Part shown: positions 38,354-50,781 of the stretch, piece after piece | How positions within the stretch are numbered: the stretch's first letter is position 1 | Layout of the letters: each line of letters begins with the position of its first letter | Source: Fistulifera solaris | Taxonomy: Eukaryota | NCBI GenBank assembly: GCA_030295235.1 | Contig: AP026145.1 | Location: 372,001 to 436,000 of the forward strand | Length of the DNA stretch: 64,000 bases | Direction: 5' to 3' | The notes under the pieces: generated by a model | The model's input: only the letters and a program-made list of their open reading frames with translations | Databases searched by the model: none | What the model was told of the DNA's origin: nothing | Program-made: the position numbers and the translations under genes

Positions 38354-40297
38354 ATGGAACAAGCATACATAACCGAAGGAACCTCTATCGACAAGGTGAG
38401 CCTCTGTGGATTACAGGAAATTAGTCGTTCTGTCGTGTGTCATTTCTTGATTATCCGTTGTTGTTGATGTCGTGGGTGAACTTTTGGTGTACATGAATTC
38501 TACATTCCTTTCTGCTTGTTACCCTGTTTTTGTTTTCGAAGCTATCCGATGGAATCTCTCTCTTTCATTTCTTTCACATTTTTCAAATGCATTGTCTGTT
38601 GAAATTTATTTGACTAATAACAAAACCTTTTGTCTGATGTTTCATCTCAACACGCCTTTCTATTATAATAGGGCGAAAATGCACGCTTGAGTTCCTTTGT
38701 AGGAGCCATTGCGATTGCCGACTTGATCAAAACGACACTGGGACCACGAGGACTCGACAAGATCTTGCAAAAGTCGATCCGAGTGATCAAAGTATCACAA
38801 TCACCAACGATGGAGCCACTATTTTGAAGTCCGTTCATGTCGATAACGCGGCAGCAAAAGTTCTTGTGGATATTGCGAAAGTGCAAGACGAACAAGTGGG
38901 TGATGGGACCACGTCCGTGGCAGTATTTGCCGGAGAATTACTCCGTCAGGCGGAAAATCTGGTCAACAATCGCATTCATCCACAAACCATATGTGATGGA
39001 TGGCGATTGGCGAGAGAAACAGCGCGTAAAACACTCGAAGAAGCTGCGACAAACTCGTCCGAAGATACCGAGGCATTTCGCAAGGAATTGATGGAAATCG
39101 CGCAGACCACGCTTTCGAGCAAAATGCTAACGTTTGAGAAAGCGCATTATGCTAAGCTAGCAGTAGATGCGGTGCTGCGTTTGAAAGGTAGTAATAACTT
39201 GGATCACATTCAAGTACTGAAGAAACCCGGCGGTTCGCTTCGAGATTCGTACTTGGAGGAAGGATTTTTGCTCGACGGAAAATCGCCAGGTGTGGGTCAA
39301 CCGCGCCGTATCGAGAAAGCTAAGATTCTTCTCGCGAATACAAGTATGGACACAGACAAAATCAAAATTTACGGAAGCCGTGTTAAGGTCGACAGTATGG
39401 ACAAAGTAGCTGCGATCGAAAAAGCTGAAAAAGATAAGATGCGAAGAAAGGTGGAGAAAATTCTGGGACATGGGATTTCGTGCTTCATCAACCGTCAGCT
39501 TATCTACAATTATCCGGAGTCATTGTTTGCTGGTGCCGGTGTTATGGCGATCGAACATGCTGATTTCGATGGAATTGAACGATTGGCCGCAGTATTGGGT
39601 GGTGAAGTAGTCAGCACATTCGATCGACCCGATCTTGTGACCCTTGGGGAGTGCGACATTATTGAAGAGGTAAGTCAAGTTTGGACCCTGTATCTGTTCT
39701 CTCTCAAAGTTGTACGTCTCACTTTTTCGTCTTCTTTCGCTTACATAGGTAATGATTGGTGACGACAAAGTCCTTCGTTTCGGTGGCTGCAAGTCCGGTG
39801 AAGCGTGCTCCATAGTCCTTCGCGGTGCTTCTTCACACTTGTTAGACGAGGCGGAACGATCGCTGCATGACGCACTAGCCATTCTGATCGCTACAGTGAA
39901 AGAACCGCGAACTGTTTATGGCGGTGGCTGCACAGAGGTCATGATGGCTGCGGCAGTTGATCGTGCTGCTCAGGAAACACCGGGAAAGAGAGCTTTGGCC
40001 ATGGCTGCGTTCGCCACAGCCTTGCGACAGTTGCCGACTATTGTCGCTGACAATGGAGGCTATGACGCGGCAGAACTCGTTACGGAGCTACAAGCGGCCC
40101 ATGCGGCAGGAAAATCCTCGTTTGGTCTTGACATGGAAAAAGGATGCATAGGTGACATGAAAGAACTGGGAATTCGTGAATCGTTTGCGAGTAAATTGAA
40201 TGTTGTTATGAGTGCATCCGAAGCCGCGGAGATGATTTTGCGAGTAGATGACATTATCAAGGCTGCACCACGTCAAAGGTCTGAAATGGGATATTAG
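38354..40297 (+). CDS. CCT2: T-complex protein 1 subunit beta; introns 38396-38671 and 39670-39748
   Basis: [79 protein letters not shown]. Confidence 0.95.
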
Positions 40298-40396
40298 ATG
40301 AATCATCTACTTTATTTCTTTCTGCGTAAACGCGTCTTCGCCATGCTGCTGCCATCTGACATTAAAGTCCTAAAATGCTTTATAAAGAGCATCTTA

Positions 40397-41476
40397 TTAT
40401 ATACCTAGTTGCAGCTGCATCCCTGGTCGACGGTGCACTTGAGCATCTCTTTGCTGTTCGAGTTCTTGAGCGGCGATCGCTTCTTGTCTCGAGTTCCAGG
40501 TACTTTTGTGATCCATATAATCTGTATATACTTTGGTCTGAGAGGTACGTTCCCTATCTCGTGACAGTAACTTGTTCTTCAATTCCAAGGCTTCGGGAGG
40601 AACACTTTGAGAAGGAGAAAAAAGTAGACGGCAAGTTGTCAGCCGAATGGTGGCAAAAATGGGATGCTTTTTGTGTGAAACAACGTACCATTCGATTCGT
40701 ACCGGATCATCTTTTTCGTGCAGCTGATATCGACAACACGGGCAAAACACAATGCCGATTTCGGCGGAACAGCTGATTCTACCGCAGTAAAGGCAGTTGA
40801 CGGTGACATCGTGTCGTGTGCCAAAACAGTCACAAGGTTTAACTTTCGCATCGCCTTGCGGTGGCTTGGGCAGCGACGATAATTTCCGAAAAACAGGTTT
40901 ATGAACTGGTTTTGAAGTTTCATCCGGTATTTGGGAAGATGAAGGCGTTGATGGAGGAATTTCATTGTGAACAGCGGGGGCTTTTGACAATGCTGGTTTT
41001 TCTTTCACCGATAATTTCTGCAATCTATTTTCAACCGCTCTTACGTTAGGAGCAGATTTCGCGTATGTTTTCGGATTTGATGGTTTTGATTGTTGTTTCT
41101 TTTTGTCTGTTGACTTTGTTTGGGTGATTTGTGAAAGAGCTGGTTCAGGATTAGCCTTTGGCTCTTCCACAATCAATGGCTGACCTTGCTGGTATCGAAT
41201 CACATTGTTAACAAAAATGTCGAAAGTCGATTGTTTGCGCGCTGAAGATCCCAACAGTTGTTCCAGATAATCCGATAAATCCTAAATTCGACGGTGAGAT
41301 GTGCTAGAGGATTCATCAGCGCGTTTCGCTACTGCAGCAGCCCAACTTACATCCTTCGAGTCGATCGTAAACAAATGCTCCACAATGTCACTCACGCCAT
41401 CCGCAAAGCCGAACAGTTTCGCCAGCTGGTCACTAAGGAGTGAAAGATCGATAGCCTTCTGTGTATCGGTCGTCAT
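40397..41476 (-). CDS. ASC-1/TRIP4 (Rqt4)-like C2HC5 zinc-finger protein; intron ~41350-41283
   Basis: CDCFGTRH..VNCLYCGRISC...FCPCC; N-terminal PWI-like DIVEHLFTIDSK..YLEQLLG; frameshifts near the 3' end. Confidence 0.75.
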
Positions 41477-41700
41477 TTTATAAATTTAGAAGTAATTCTC
41501 GATTCAAAAACACTTTGATGTTTGCAACAACGACAATAAAAATCGCCGTCCGCGAGTTCGTGAATCATCATCTCGGTCACGATTTCTGACCTAAATTATT
41601 ACTCCGTACTCCGTATTTCATTATATTTGAAGCATGCTCTGAAAGAATCTACCTAGCCAGAAAATTGTATTATTCTAGACGTCATTACATTCAAAAGCAG

Positions 41701-44103
41701 TTACAGAAAGTAATCATTTGACGCTTTTGCCCCAGGTGGGGTCGTTGTTGTGTTGGGCCCTCGAGTGCTGGACGCACTTTGCAAGGAGTTTGCGGTGGCA
41801 TTGTCGGGCGTAATGTCGTATTCTCGGGGCGGCTCGGGCACAGAGAGATGCGGAGTCGGTGCCTTTTCAGGTTCTTCAGAAGCATAGGCGTTCGACAGCT
41901 GCATGTCGCTGTTCTCACTTGTATAAGCGTCGCTACTAGGCCTCTTGCTCGCTGTGGAAAACGGGGTTAACTCCTTGGGATTTGTTTGGTAGCATGAAAC
42001 TAATGCTACCAAATGAGCTCGGATCTTCTTCTTCAATCATAACATCTTCCTTCAGACTTTCCAAGTAGTGGCTGCTTTTTCGACTTTTGAATTCAATGCT
42101 CGATTGTGACGAATTCATACTTTCTCTGCTATCTAATTTTGCCCGACTTTGCATCCGTTCGCTTTTCTCTTGGAACTGGAAGTCACTGGAGAAACCAGAT
42201 GCGTTCGAGGAACCCGTACCTCTTGTGGATCGACGCTGACGTGAATCTTTTGCCTGGGCTCGGATCGATTCCTGGAGAAGTCGCCGCTGAGATCCCTCAC
42301 TGCGCCCGATAAATCGTTGCGCAAGAATAATTTTAGGCACGAAAATCAGCAGAAGGACAGCGCAAGCAATCGTAAAAATCATAAACACAATGACCAAATA
42401 GAATGCTTGCGGTGACTCTTTAACAACAAAGAGTATCGGAATACCGGAAAGCATGGCCTGGAGAAGCGAAGCCATGGACGTTGCAATATATTTCGATTCT
42501 GAAAATTCAGACTCAATGTAACGCGCTTCGTATGCTTGCCAGTTGGCCGCAGCTAAAAGACTAAGATTCACTCCAGCCAGTGGGAGAAGGAAACGGAGAA
42601 CGTTCTCCGACTGGCACGCGCCATAGGTAGCAATCACACGATCCCAACCATCCAGACCCGGCAAATCTTGTCGGGTATAAGTCAATGGATCAAGAATACT
42701 CCAAAGTGTCAGAATCAATGTATTTGCCATAAGCAAACCAAAGAAAGGCAAAGCGACATCCTTGGGTTTGATCTCAACACGGGCAAATCGAGATTTGCTG
42801 TGAAAGATCTTGTTCACGCGCATCGTCTTAGCAAAGAGCGCAGAGAAGCTGATGGTGAAACCGGTGGAAGCCAACCAAGGAACAGACATGCAGATGAGTT
42901 TGGCTTCTGGGTCCGAGGATTCAAATGGAGTACCATTGTCGTCGAACGAAAGCGGAATGAGAGCAGATGCGAGAACCAACACACCCGCCGCGACCATTAT
43001 CAAGAAGAAAGGTTGCGCAGCTTTAACGATAATCAAGTTTCGGTAAACAAGAACCCAGCATGAGAAGCCAATCGCAGCAGCGGCGATGAGGGCAAAAGAC
43101 AGAACCCAACAATGTTGAGTGAGCCAATAAGGTTGTTATCAACCTCCAGGGGCGGCAGCTCTAGCGGAATCAGTAGATGCGACAGCACGTTCGTCCCAAT
43201 AACATCTCCTTTAATGGGTTTGTCTTGGATCAGCTTCAGCAGCGTATCCACCGACAACAGTCCCATTTCATATGGCAACTGCCCTACGAGACCCTGGACG
43301 TACCCTCTATCGAGAAATTCGAGCTGATTCGGCATTGCATCTCCTGAGACCAGCGTAATGTTTTTATCTCGGTGTTCGTTGACGAAATCCTTCCAGCAAC
43401 AACTTCTCATCGGCGCGCCCATGACCGGAACAATTGCTGTCGGTGGGGGATCATAGCTGGCAAACTCCTGCATTTTCTCAATCGCTATTGACACATTAGC
43501 AGCAATATCAGCAGGAGAGTCTATCACTTCTCTCCACAAAACTCCTTTTTCACGTTTCATTTCCTCCTGGAAGCCGCGAACGCGTTCCTGAAGATTCGGA
43601 CTATCAAACGTCGTCAGTAACGCATAAGTTCCTCCGTTTGGTTGCAATTGTTTGAGAACCTTGGCAATCTGGGCTCCGAAGAAAGTATTGTCTGTGCCGA
43701 TGTATGCCTGTCGATTAGAAAGTCGTGCGTCACTGTCGAAGGTAACGACGGGGATTCCTTTCTCGACCGCACGATTGATGACATCGACAATAACTTCAGC
43801 GTTGCGGACGCTGATCGTTATACCGTCCACGAGGTCATTGTCGATGAGATCTGCGATGATTTCGGACTGCAAAATTCCCAGTTCATCTTCTTCTTCTGTT
43901 TCCGGTCCTACATAACTACAGTTGACCTCCAAGTTCATACGACCCCCGAGAATGAGGGCGCCATCGATACAACCTTCTCGGGCACCGTCGAAGTAAGGGT
44001 TTGTAAGCGCTTTAGTCACCATCGCAATTCTAATCAACCCATTTGCGTCCTGCGCTCGAGCCAGCAGGAATGGAAGGACAGTTATCAATGTCTTAAAGTA
44101 CAT
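41701..44103 (-). CDS. Class C-like GPCR (7tm_3, GABA-B-like) with an N-terminal periplasmic sugar-binding (Peripla_BP_4-like) domain, copy 1 (frameshifts ~43095, ~41960)
   Basis: Signal peptide, NPYF, GIPVVTFDSD, YIGTDN, ERVRGF and LVGQLPYEMG (RbsB-like), then IVKAAQPFFL, CMSVPWL..GFTISFSALFAKTMRVNKIF, EFSESKYI and LLIFVPKI. Confidence 0.88.
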
Positions 44104-45116
44104 GGCAGACTTCTCTATTTCTAAATTTGTATTGTTCCTCCTGGACAGCCCTTGACACAGATAAAAACCTCCTTGAAGTCTTCTCTTTTCTCCCTCACGT
44201 TTCCCTTTTTTTGCTTGATTTAGTCAGTGTTTCGTATGAAAGAGAAGTAAGAAGAATGGCACAAGGTTTATCTAAGCGGAACGTGCGTTATACCAGGTAA
44301 ATCTTCTTTTCGTCGTCGCCGTTGTTGCGCTTGTTGCATGTGGCTCTGCTTCATCATTCATCATTCTCCGCCACAGTCAGCATGCGGAATGACCTTCTAC
44401 TCTTTCAATGATAGAACTCAAGCGAATAAGAAAATCTTTATCCTTGATCTCTATGTCCAGCTATTTCGTCATCAACTGTCAAATGCCAGACTCGAAGGAC
44501 CTTTTTCTGTCTCCAAAAACAGTAACGTCAATTCTATTAGGGCGTTCGTATAATTGATAGTATCTTATATCTTATTACATTACAATCTACAATCTCATAC
44601 AGGCCATATGTCCTACAATAGTGATTTCGACAAGCGGCTTCCCCTTCACGTTTCAAGAAAGCATCATCGATCATTGCGAAAAATATTATTACCGGTACGT
44701 CGTCGCTTTACCGATGGCGAGGATGAAGTCAAAATCCAATATTTTGTCAAGTTTTTCGTAAATCATGACTTTTGAAACGCATTTCAGTAGAGGTAGACAC
44801 AATTTCAGATTTTTGTATTAATGTTAACGAAATAATGTAATTTTATTCTATTTCTAACGATGAAAACAGTAACATACGATCCTCAGAATGGCTAAGGTTG
44901 TGAGAATGACATAGGACCGCGAAAAAATGAAACGATGCAAAATTATTGAGCCAAAATTCTTGCCATCAACCTTGAGCAATGAGCAGCACGTGATGATCTC
45001 TCTTTATAAATCTCTTAACGACTAATGATCTCGACTAGCTACGACAGTAACTATGTTATAAAATAGTCAAAGATTAACATGACTCGTCTACGAGGTTGCG
45101 ACAATGGGGTGCCCGT

Positions 45117-47468
45117 CTACAAGAAGTATTCGCTCGGCTTTTTCTTCTTCGGCGCTGTCGTACGAGCCGATTCCGGTGAAGCCAGCTTTTGCCCGTGATC
45201 CGCCTTGAGATGAACGTTGCTGATTTGGTGTTCTTTCGGTGGCTCTGGCACCACAAGCTTCGACGCTTTTCCAGGTTGTTCGGTATGTGCGAGCTCCACG
45301 TCGCTGCATTCACTCGGCCACGCCTCGCTGTCGGATGTCTTGTTGCCAATGAACTGGGGCATATCTCGCGGCGCCTCCGGTGACGAGCTATCTTCCTCGA
45401 TCATTACGTCTTCCTTCAAGCTTTCCAAGAAATGGCTATTTCGTTTGTTCTTGCTACCACGAGTGGGGTGCGAAGACTTTAGGTTTTTCTCGGCCGTTCG
45501 CCTTTGCACCGTTGTCATCCTGTCCCTGAGACTCACAGGACGACGCCGCGGAAAAGCCGCCCGATGGATTCGAAAGACCTGAGATGTTGGAGGATCGTTG
45601 GGGCCGCGCGTCTTTGGCACGAGCTCGGATGGACTCTTGGATGAGACGACGTTGCGAACCATCGCTGCGCCCAATAAATGGTTGCGCGAGAACGACCTTG
45701 GGGACAAAGATCAGCAAGAGGACAGCTGATGAAATGATGAAGATCATAAAGACAATGACCAAGTAGAATGCTTGAGGCGACTCGCGAACAACAAACAGTA
45801 TCGGAATACCGGACAGCATGGCTTGGAGAAGCGAAGCCATTGACATGGCGATGTACTTGGACTCCGAGAACTCCGACTCAATGTAACGCGCTTCGTACGC
45901 TTGCCAGTTCGCGGCGGCGAGAAGACTGAGATTTACAGCCGCCAACGGAAGAAGGTAATGAAGAACGTTGTCTGATTGACATGTGCCGTACGTGGCAATT
46001 ACTCGATCCCAACCATCTAGGCCAGGCAAGTCCTGTCGCGTATACGTCAATGGATCGAGTACACTCCAGAGAGTCAAAATCAAAGTGTTTGCCGTGAAGA
46101 GGCCAAAGAAAGGCAAAGCAATATCTTTTGGTTGAATTTCAACTCGGGCAAAGCGAGACTTGCTATGAAAGATCTTGTTCACGCGCATCGTCTTGGCAAA
46201 GAGCGCAGAGAAGCTGATGGTGAAACCGGTGGAAGCCAGCCACGGAACTGACATACACATAAGCTTGGCTTCTGGATCCGAAGGATCAAAGGGAATGCCG
46301 TTATCGTCAAAGGAGAGCGGAATGAGAGAAGACGCGAGAACAAGCACACCTGCGGCGACCATTATCAAGAAGGACGGCTGTGCGGCCTTCACAATTATCA
46401 AATTTCGATAAACAAGGACCCAACATGAAAAGCCGATGGCGGCAGCGGCGATAAGGGCAAATAGGCAGAGGCCGACAATACTGAGTGAACCGATAAGGTT
46501 GTTATCGACTTCCAAGGGCGGTAGTTCGAGAGGAATCAGTAAATGTGACAACACGTTTGTGCCGATAACATCTCCTTCAATATCCTCTTTTGGATCAGCT
46601 TCAAAAGTGTTTCCACAGACAGCATACCCATTTCATAGGGCAATTGTCCTACGAGACCCTGGACGTATCCTCTATCGAGGAACTCCAGCTGATTCGCCAT
46701 TGCATCTCCCGATACCAGCGTAATGTTCTTGTCTCGATGTTCATTAACAAAATCCTTCCAGCAGCAACTTCTCATCGGTGCGCCCATAACCGGAACAATC
46801 GCCGTCGGAGGCGGGTCATAGTTGGCAAACTCTTGCATCTTTTCAATAGCAATATCTATATTGCTTTCGATATCGGCAGGAGAGCCCGGTACTTCTCTCC
46901 ACAACTCTCCTTTCTCCCGTTTCATTTCCTCTTGGAAACCGCGAACGCGCTCTTGAAGATTCGGACTTTCTAGCGACGTAATCAATGCGTATGTGCCGCC
47001 GTTTGGCTGCAATTGCTTGACGACTTTAGCAAGCTGCGCCCCAAAGAAGGTATTATCTGTGCCGATGTAAGCACTTCGCACAGAGTCCGGTGAGTCACTG
47101 TCAAACGTAACGACAGGAATGCCTTTTGCCACAGCACGGTTTATAACCTCAATCAAGGTTTCCGCGTTACGGGCACTCACAGAGATACCATCAACGAGAT
47201 CGTTATCGATAAGGTCGGCGATGATTTCAGCTTGCTGGATACCAAGAATGTCTTCATCATCCTGTAGCGGGCCCACGTAGCTACAATTTACCTGCATGTT
47301 CATGCTATCGCCGAAGATGAGGGCGCCATCAATGCAGCCGTCTCCGGCCACATCAAAGTAAGGGTTGGCAATGGACTTCGGCACCAGCGCGATTCTAATC
47401 AAACCGTTCGCGTCCTGCGCTCGGGCTAGCAGGAAAGGAAAGAATGTTACCAATGTTAGAAAGTTCAT
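45117..47468 (-). CDS. Class C-like GPCR with an N-terminal periplasmic sugar-binding domain, copy 2 (frameshifts ~46590, ~45500)
   Basis: Same domain order and motifs as copy 1; highly similar sequence; C-terminus ...SEYFL. Confidence 0.88.
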
Positions 47469-48679
47469 GTTACTTTTCTTTAGGATCAACTACTTCGTTT
47501 TCTTTTGACAGCTCGGATTGATAATGTCAAAAGTTAAATCAGAAAGGTGATGCACACCTCGGACGAGAAATGAGAAAACAAAAGACATTCATTTCGTGAT
47601 TTTGGCATCAGACATCAAAGGGTTTGCGCTTCGGGTTTTTGACTTCAGAAATAGTAAGGACAATACGAGAATCTGTATCATGTCGCATGCCACAAGAACC
47701 GAAGATGACTCTGTGAAACACACTTCGTACTTCGTGCTCCTAATGGCTTCCTGCGTCAGGTTCAGAGATTTTGTTTTTCTTGCAATTTACTCATGATTGC
47801 TATTGATGTTAGTTTTTCACCGTGTTACAAGTATTAAGAGTTTGAATAAAATTCGTCGAAGGTCTTGGTCAATGGTTGTCAGTGGTTAACCTAGAGCCTA
47901 GTGCCTTGAGCTTTGAGTCTTTAGTTTGCTACCAAAGGTTTTAAATGCCAATTGCCAAAGAAGGAAGAGCATAGATCTTGTCGTGCTGCATGCTGTCGTG
48001 CTGTCGCCCTGCTTCCTAAGATCTTAGATCTTGAAAGGAGGGTATAAAGGGTAAACGAGGACTCTCTCTTAGGAACTGCTATCTGGCATATGACTCCCAG
48101 GGTACGAATGGCACGAGGCACGAGGCAACAGGCTACCGAAGATGGGCGCCCTAGGCCCTAGCTAGAGTCAAAGGCTAGAGTCTCTTGAGTCGAAAATCTA
48201 GAGAGAGAGTGACAGTTGATAAGAAAATGTGATGACAGGTGCAAGAGACAACCTGAGCATTGAAGCAGGCTCTTTGTATCAATTTGCACTATTGCCTTCT
48301 AAATCCTTCCGCCTCTTTCTCCATGACCTTCAAGTTCCAGCTTACCCAAGACTGGAATTTAGTCGCATTATACGCAGTTTCACTATCGTTGCGCGATCCT
48401 CAACAATCGAAGCGGACGACAGGGGGAACTAAAAACAGATTTAATTTGCCGATGACTACATGGCTGTATTCGTTCTAATACACAGCCCATACAGATTCTA
48501 GATACTTTAAATTTTGTGTGATACGAATGCTCTTATTTTGATGCTTCAAGAATGAGAAAACAAGAAGATGCGGGAACCTTGAGAATCTTAGTACGAGCTG
48601 GCTTCAAGCTTAAAGCACATCATTTTTGTGCAATTTGTTCAAGATGATATGTGCAAAGCAAAAGAGAATCAATTCGATT

Positions 48680-49831
48680 TCAGCCTATCACAGCATACGG
48701 GCCATTGGAGTTTTCGCGTGGGCAGGCCGTAGGCACATCCCACTGATATATCCAGTCACTCATCGTTTGGGGTGCATCCGACTTGACGTTCACCGCTTGT
48801 GTGGCTCGTTGCTGGCTGGCGGCCTGCAAGTCGAGGCAACGTTGACGACGTTGCGGCGTATAGTGAAGCAGCGGCCCAGTGGCCAACGTGACGGCATCTT
48901 CCAGTGCCAAGCACGCCGATTGTCCGTACGATCCACTCATGCAGTGGGCGGCATCTCCGACCAAAACCACGTTCCCGTGCACCATTTCTTCGGGAATATC
49001 GGCTTGCCCCGAGGGTTGAAAGAATACCTTGTGCGGAGGAGTGGCTTGTAGTAATTCCCGCCAGATTTTTGTCTCGGGACTCGTCAAACGCGCAATGAGT
49101 TGATCGATTGACAGATTCACGGCTTCGGGGTTTTCGGTGGCTAAAGAAATCGCCCAATAGTAATGATGGGGTCCGGCGGGTCCGAGGAAACATGCAACTT
49201 CCGGATTTCCCAAATAGCTGTACGTCGCATGACTTTCGAAATGGGAAGGGAAATTCGAAAAGGAGATAGCGGCTTTTACGTTCAGTCGAGGACTATACTG
49301 GAGAGGAGTCGGTCGAAAGGCAGATTTGCTTCCATCCGCCGCTACTAGCAGGGTGCGGTCCGAAATCGGGTAGCGTTCTTCACCATCCTGCCGAACTGCG
49401 GTTAAAATTCCCGCCGTAAAATCTTTCACAAGAGTATTGAACTCGATACGAAAGCTATCTTTAGGAATGGCTTCGAACAAAAGCTTTCGGAGCATTCCCC
49501 AACGCATCATCAAGGTCCTCGTCCCTTGAGGAGGCAAAGGTGTGATGGTGTCGTACAACTCGTTGCCGCTGGGCAAGACCATGTAATTCTTCTGCACATC
49601 AACCGCATGATGGAAAACTTTTTGTAAGAGGTCCGCAGAAAGAAACTGAAGAGCCTTCAAGCCGTTGTCAGAAAGCTGCACCGCCGCACCGGCTTCCGCA
49701 TCATGAAAGGACTCGTAGGAGGACGCCTCCAAGATAGTAACTCTGGATGCAAACGGCGAAAGGGCGATTGCTGATGCTAGTCCTGCAATGCTTCCGCCGA
49801 TGATAATCACTTCATCGTAATGTTTCGACAT
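48680..49831 (-). CDS. FAD-dependent monooxygenase (UbiH/salicylate hydroxylase/zeaxanthin epoxidase-like superfamily)
   Basis: IIGGSIAGL (GxGxxG), VAADGSKS (DG motif), LVGDAAHCM...GQSACLALEDA (GD motif). Confidence 0.88.
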   Translation of the reverse strand: MSKHYDEVIIIGGSIAGLASAIALSPFASRVTILEASSYESFHDAEAGAAVQLSDNGLKALQFLSADLLQKVFHHAVDVQKNYMVLPSGNELYDTITPLPPQGTRTLMMRWGMLRKLLFEAIPKDSFRIEFNTLVKDFTAGILTAVRQDGEERYPISDRTLLVAADGSKSAFRPTPLQYSPRLNVKAAISFSNFPSHFESHATYSYLGNPEVACFLGPAGPHHYYWAISLATENPEAVNLSIDQLIARLTSPETKIWRELLQATPPHKVFFQPSGQADIPEEMVHGNVVLVGDAAHCMSGSYGQSACLALEDAVTLATGPLLHYTPQRRQRCLDLQAASQQRATQAVNVKSDAPQTMSDWIYQWDVPTACPRENSNGPYAVIG

Positions 49832-50781
49832 GACTGATTAGTAATGAGAATGTTGCTGGTGATTGTATTGAACGTCAATAATTCAACGTCAGGCAACGCA
49901 ACGTTTTTGACCGTTTTCGGCTCCCCGTTTGTCACTCTACGCAGGACCAGTACACAAGGCAAGCCAATTTTTTCTCACCGGTTCTTTGTATAGCATATTT
50001 GTGTAGCCTCGTGTCTGCCCCTTCTGCCATTTTCTATGATAGACGCAATTTGTATGATGTAGGTAGTAGGTGGAATTCTGCGCAAACCACGTCGTTAGAA
50101 ATAATTTGAAAAAATGACGTCTTTCTCACGAACAGACAGCGATGCCCACGTTCATTGTCTTGTCGATAAAAAATTGGCGTCACATTTTTTACAATCGGTC
50201 AATTCCGAAACGAAAGATACGCTTTATTTCTTCGTTAGAGATCCTGTTACAGATCTTGTCAGCCTATCTTGTGCGTCCTCTTCTGGAAAGCGGACGATTT
50301 TTGTAGTAAACGACAACGAACACCTTCCTTATCCCTTCGACACGTTGAGTAGAGATTATTACACACAAAGCATCTTTAAATTGATAAAGAAATCCTCCAA
50401 GGAACCTTAAAATACAAGAAATATTTCCTAGCCTTCAAATCATTGCTCAAAGCGACAATGAGGCAGCTCGGATGGACAAGCGGATCATCTAAACCCACGC
50501 AAGCAACCAAATGCTTGTCTTTTCTCGTTCCGGTGATACTGTCATCAAAACTCTTTACAGATGACCTTGTGGTAAACAAAACCAGTCAGTCACCTTTCCC
50601 TTTTAAAAAGCGATAGTCAATCTAGTTGTCGATTCTCGGGCTGATTCTACAGCGGGCTCAATCCATGGAGGGCAAATTCTTATAGCAAGCAGTCGCCAGA
50701 ATTCAATCTACACACTTGCTAGTCAATAACGTTTTAGCTTCATAATTATGAATTGCCTTTAATAATACTCAATAAACATCA

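Noticed and set aside
43033..46600. Programmed frameshift producing a soluble binding protein plus a full receptor
   Set aside because: The breaks are at non-equivalent positions in the two paralogs, and similar indels affect most genes in the window
41701..47468. Bacterial ABC transporter operon or contamination
   Set aside because: The binding domains are fused to eukaryotic 7TM domains, there is no permease or ATPase, and the flanking genes contain introns
47880..48210. CTAG/AGATCT-rich patch with short direct repeats
   Set aside because: No definable unit or boundaries; may be low-complexity sequence or a decayed element
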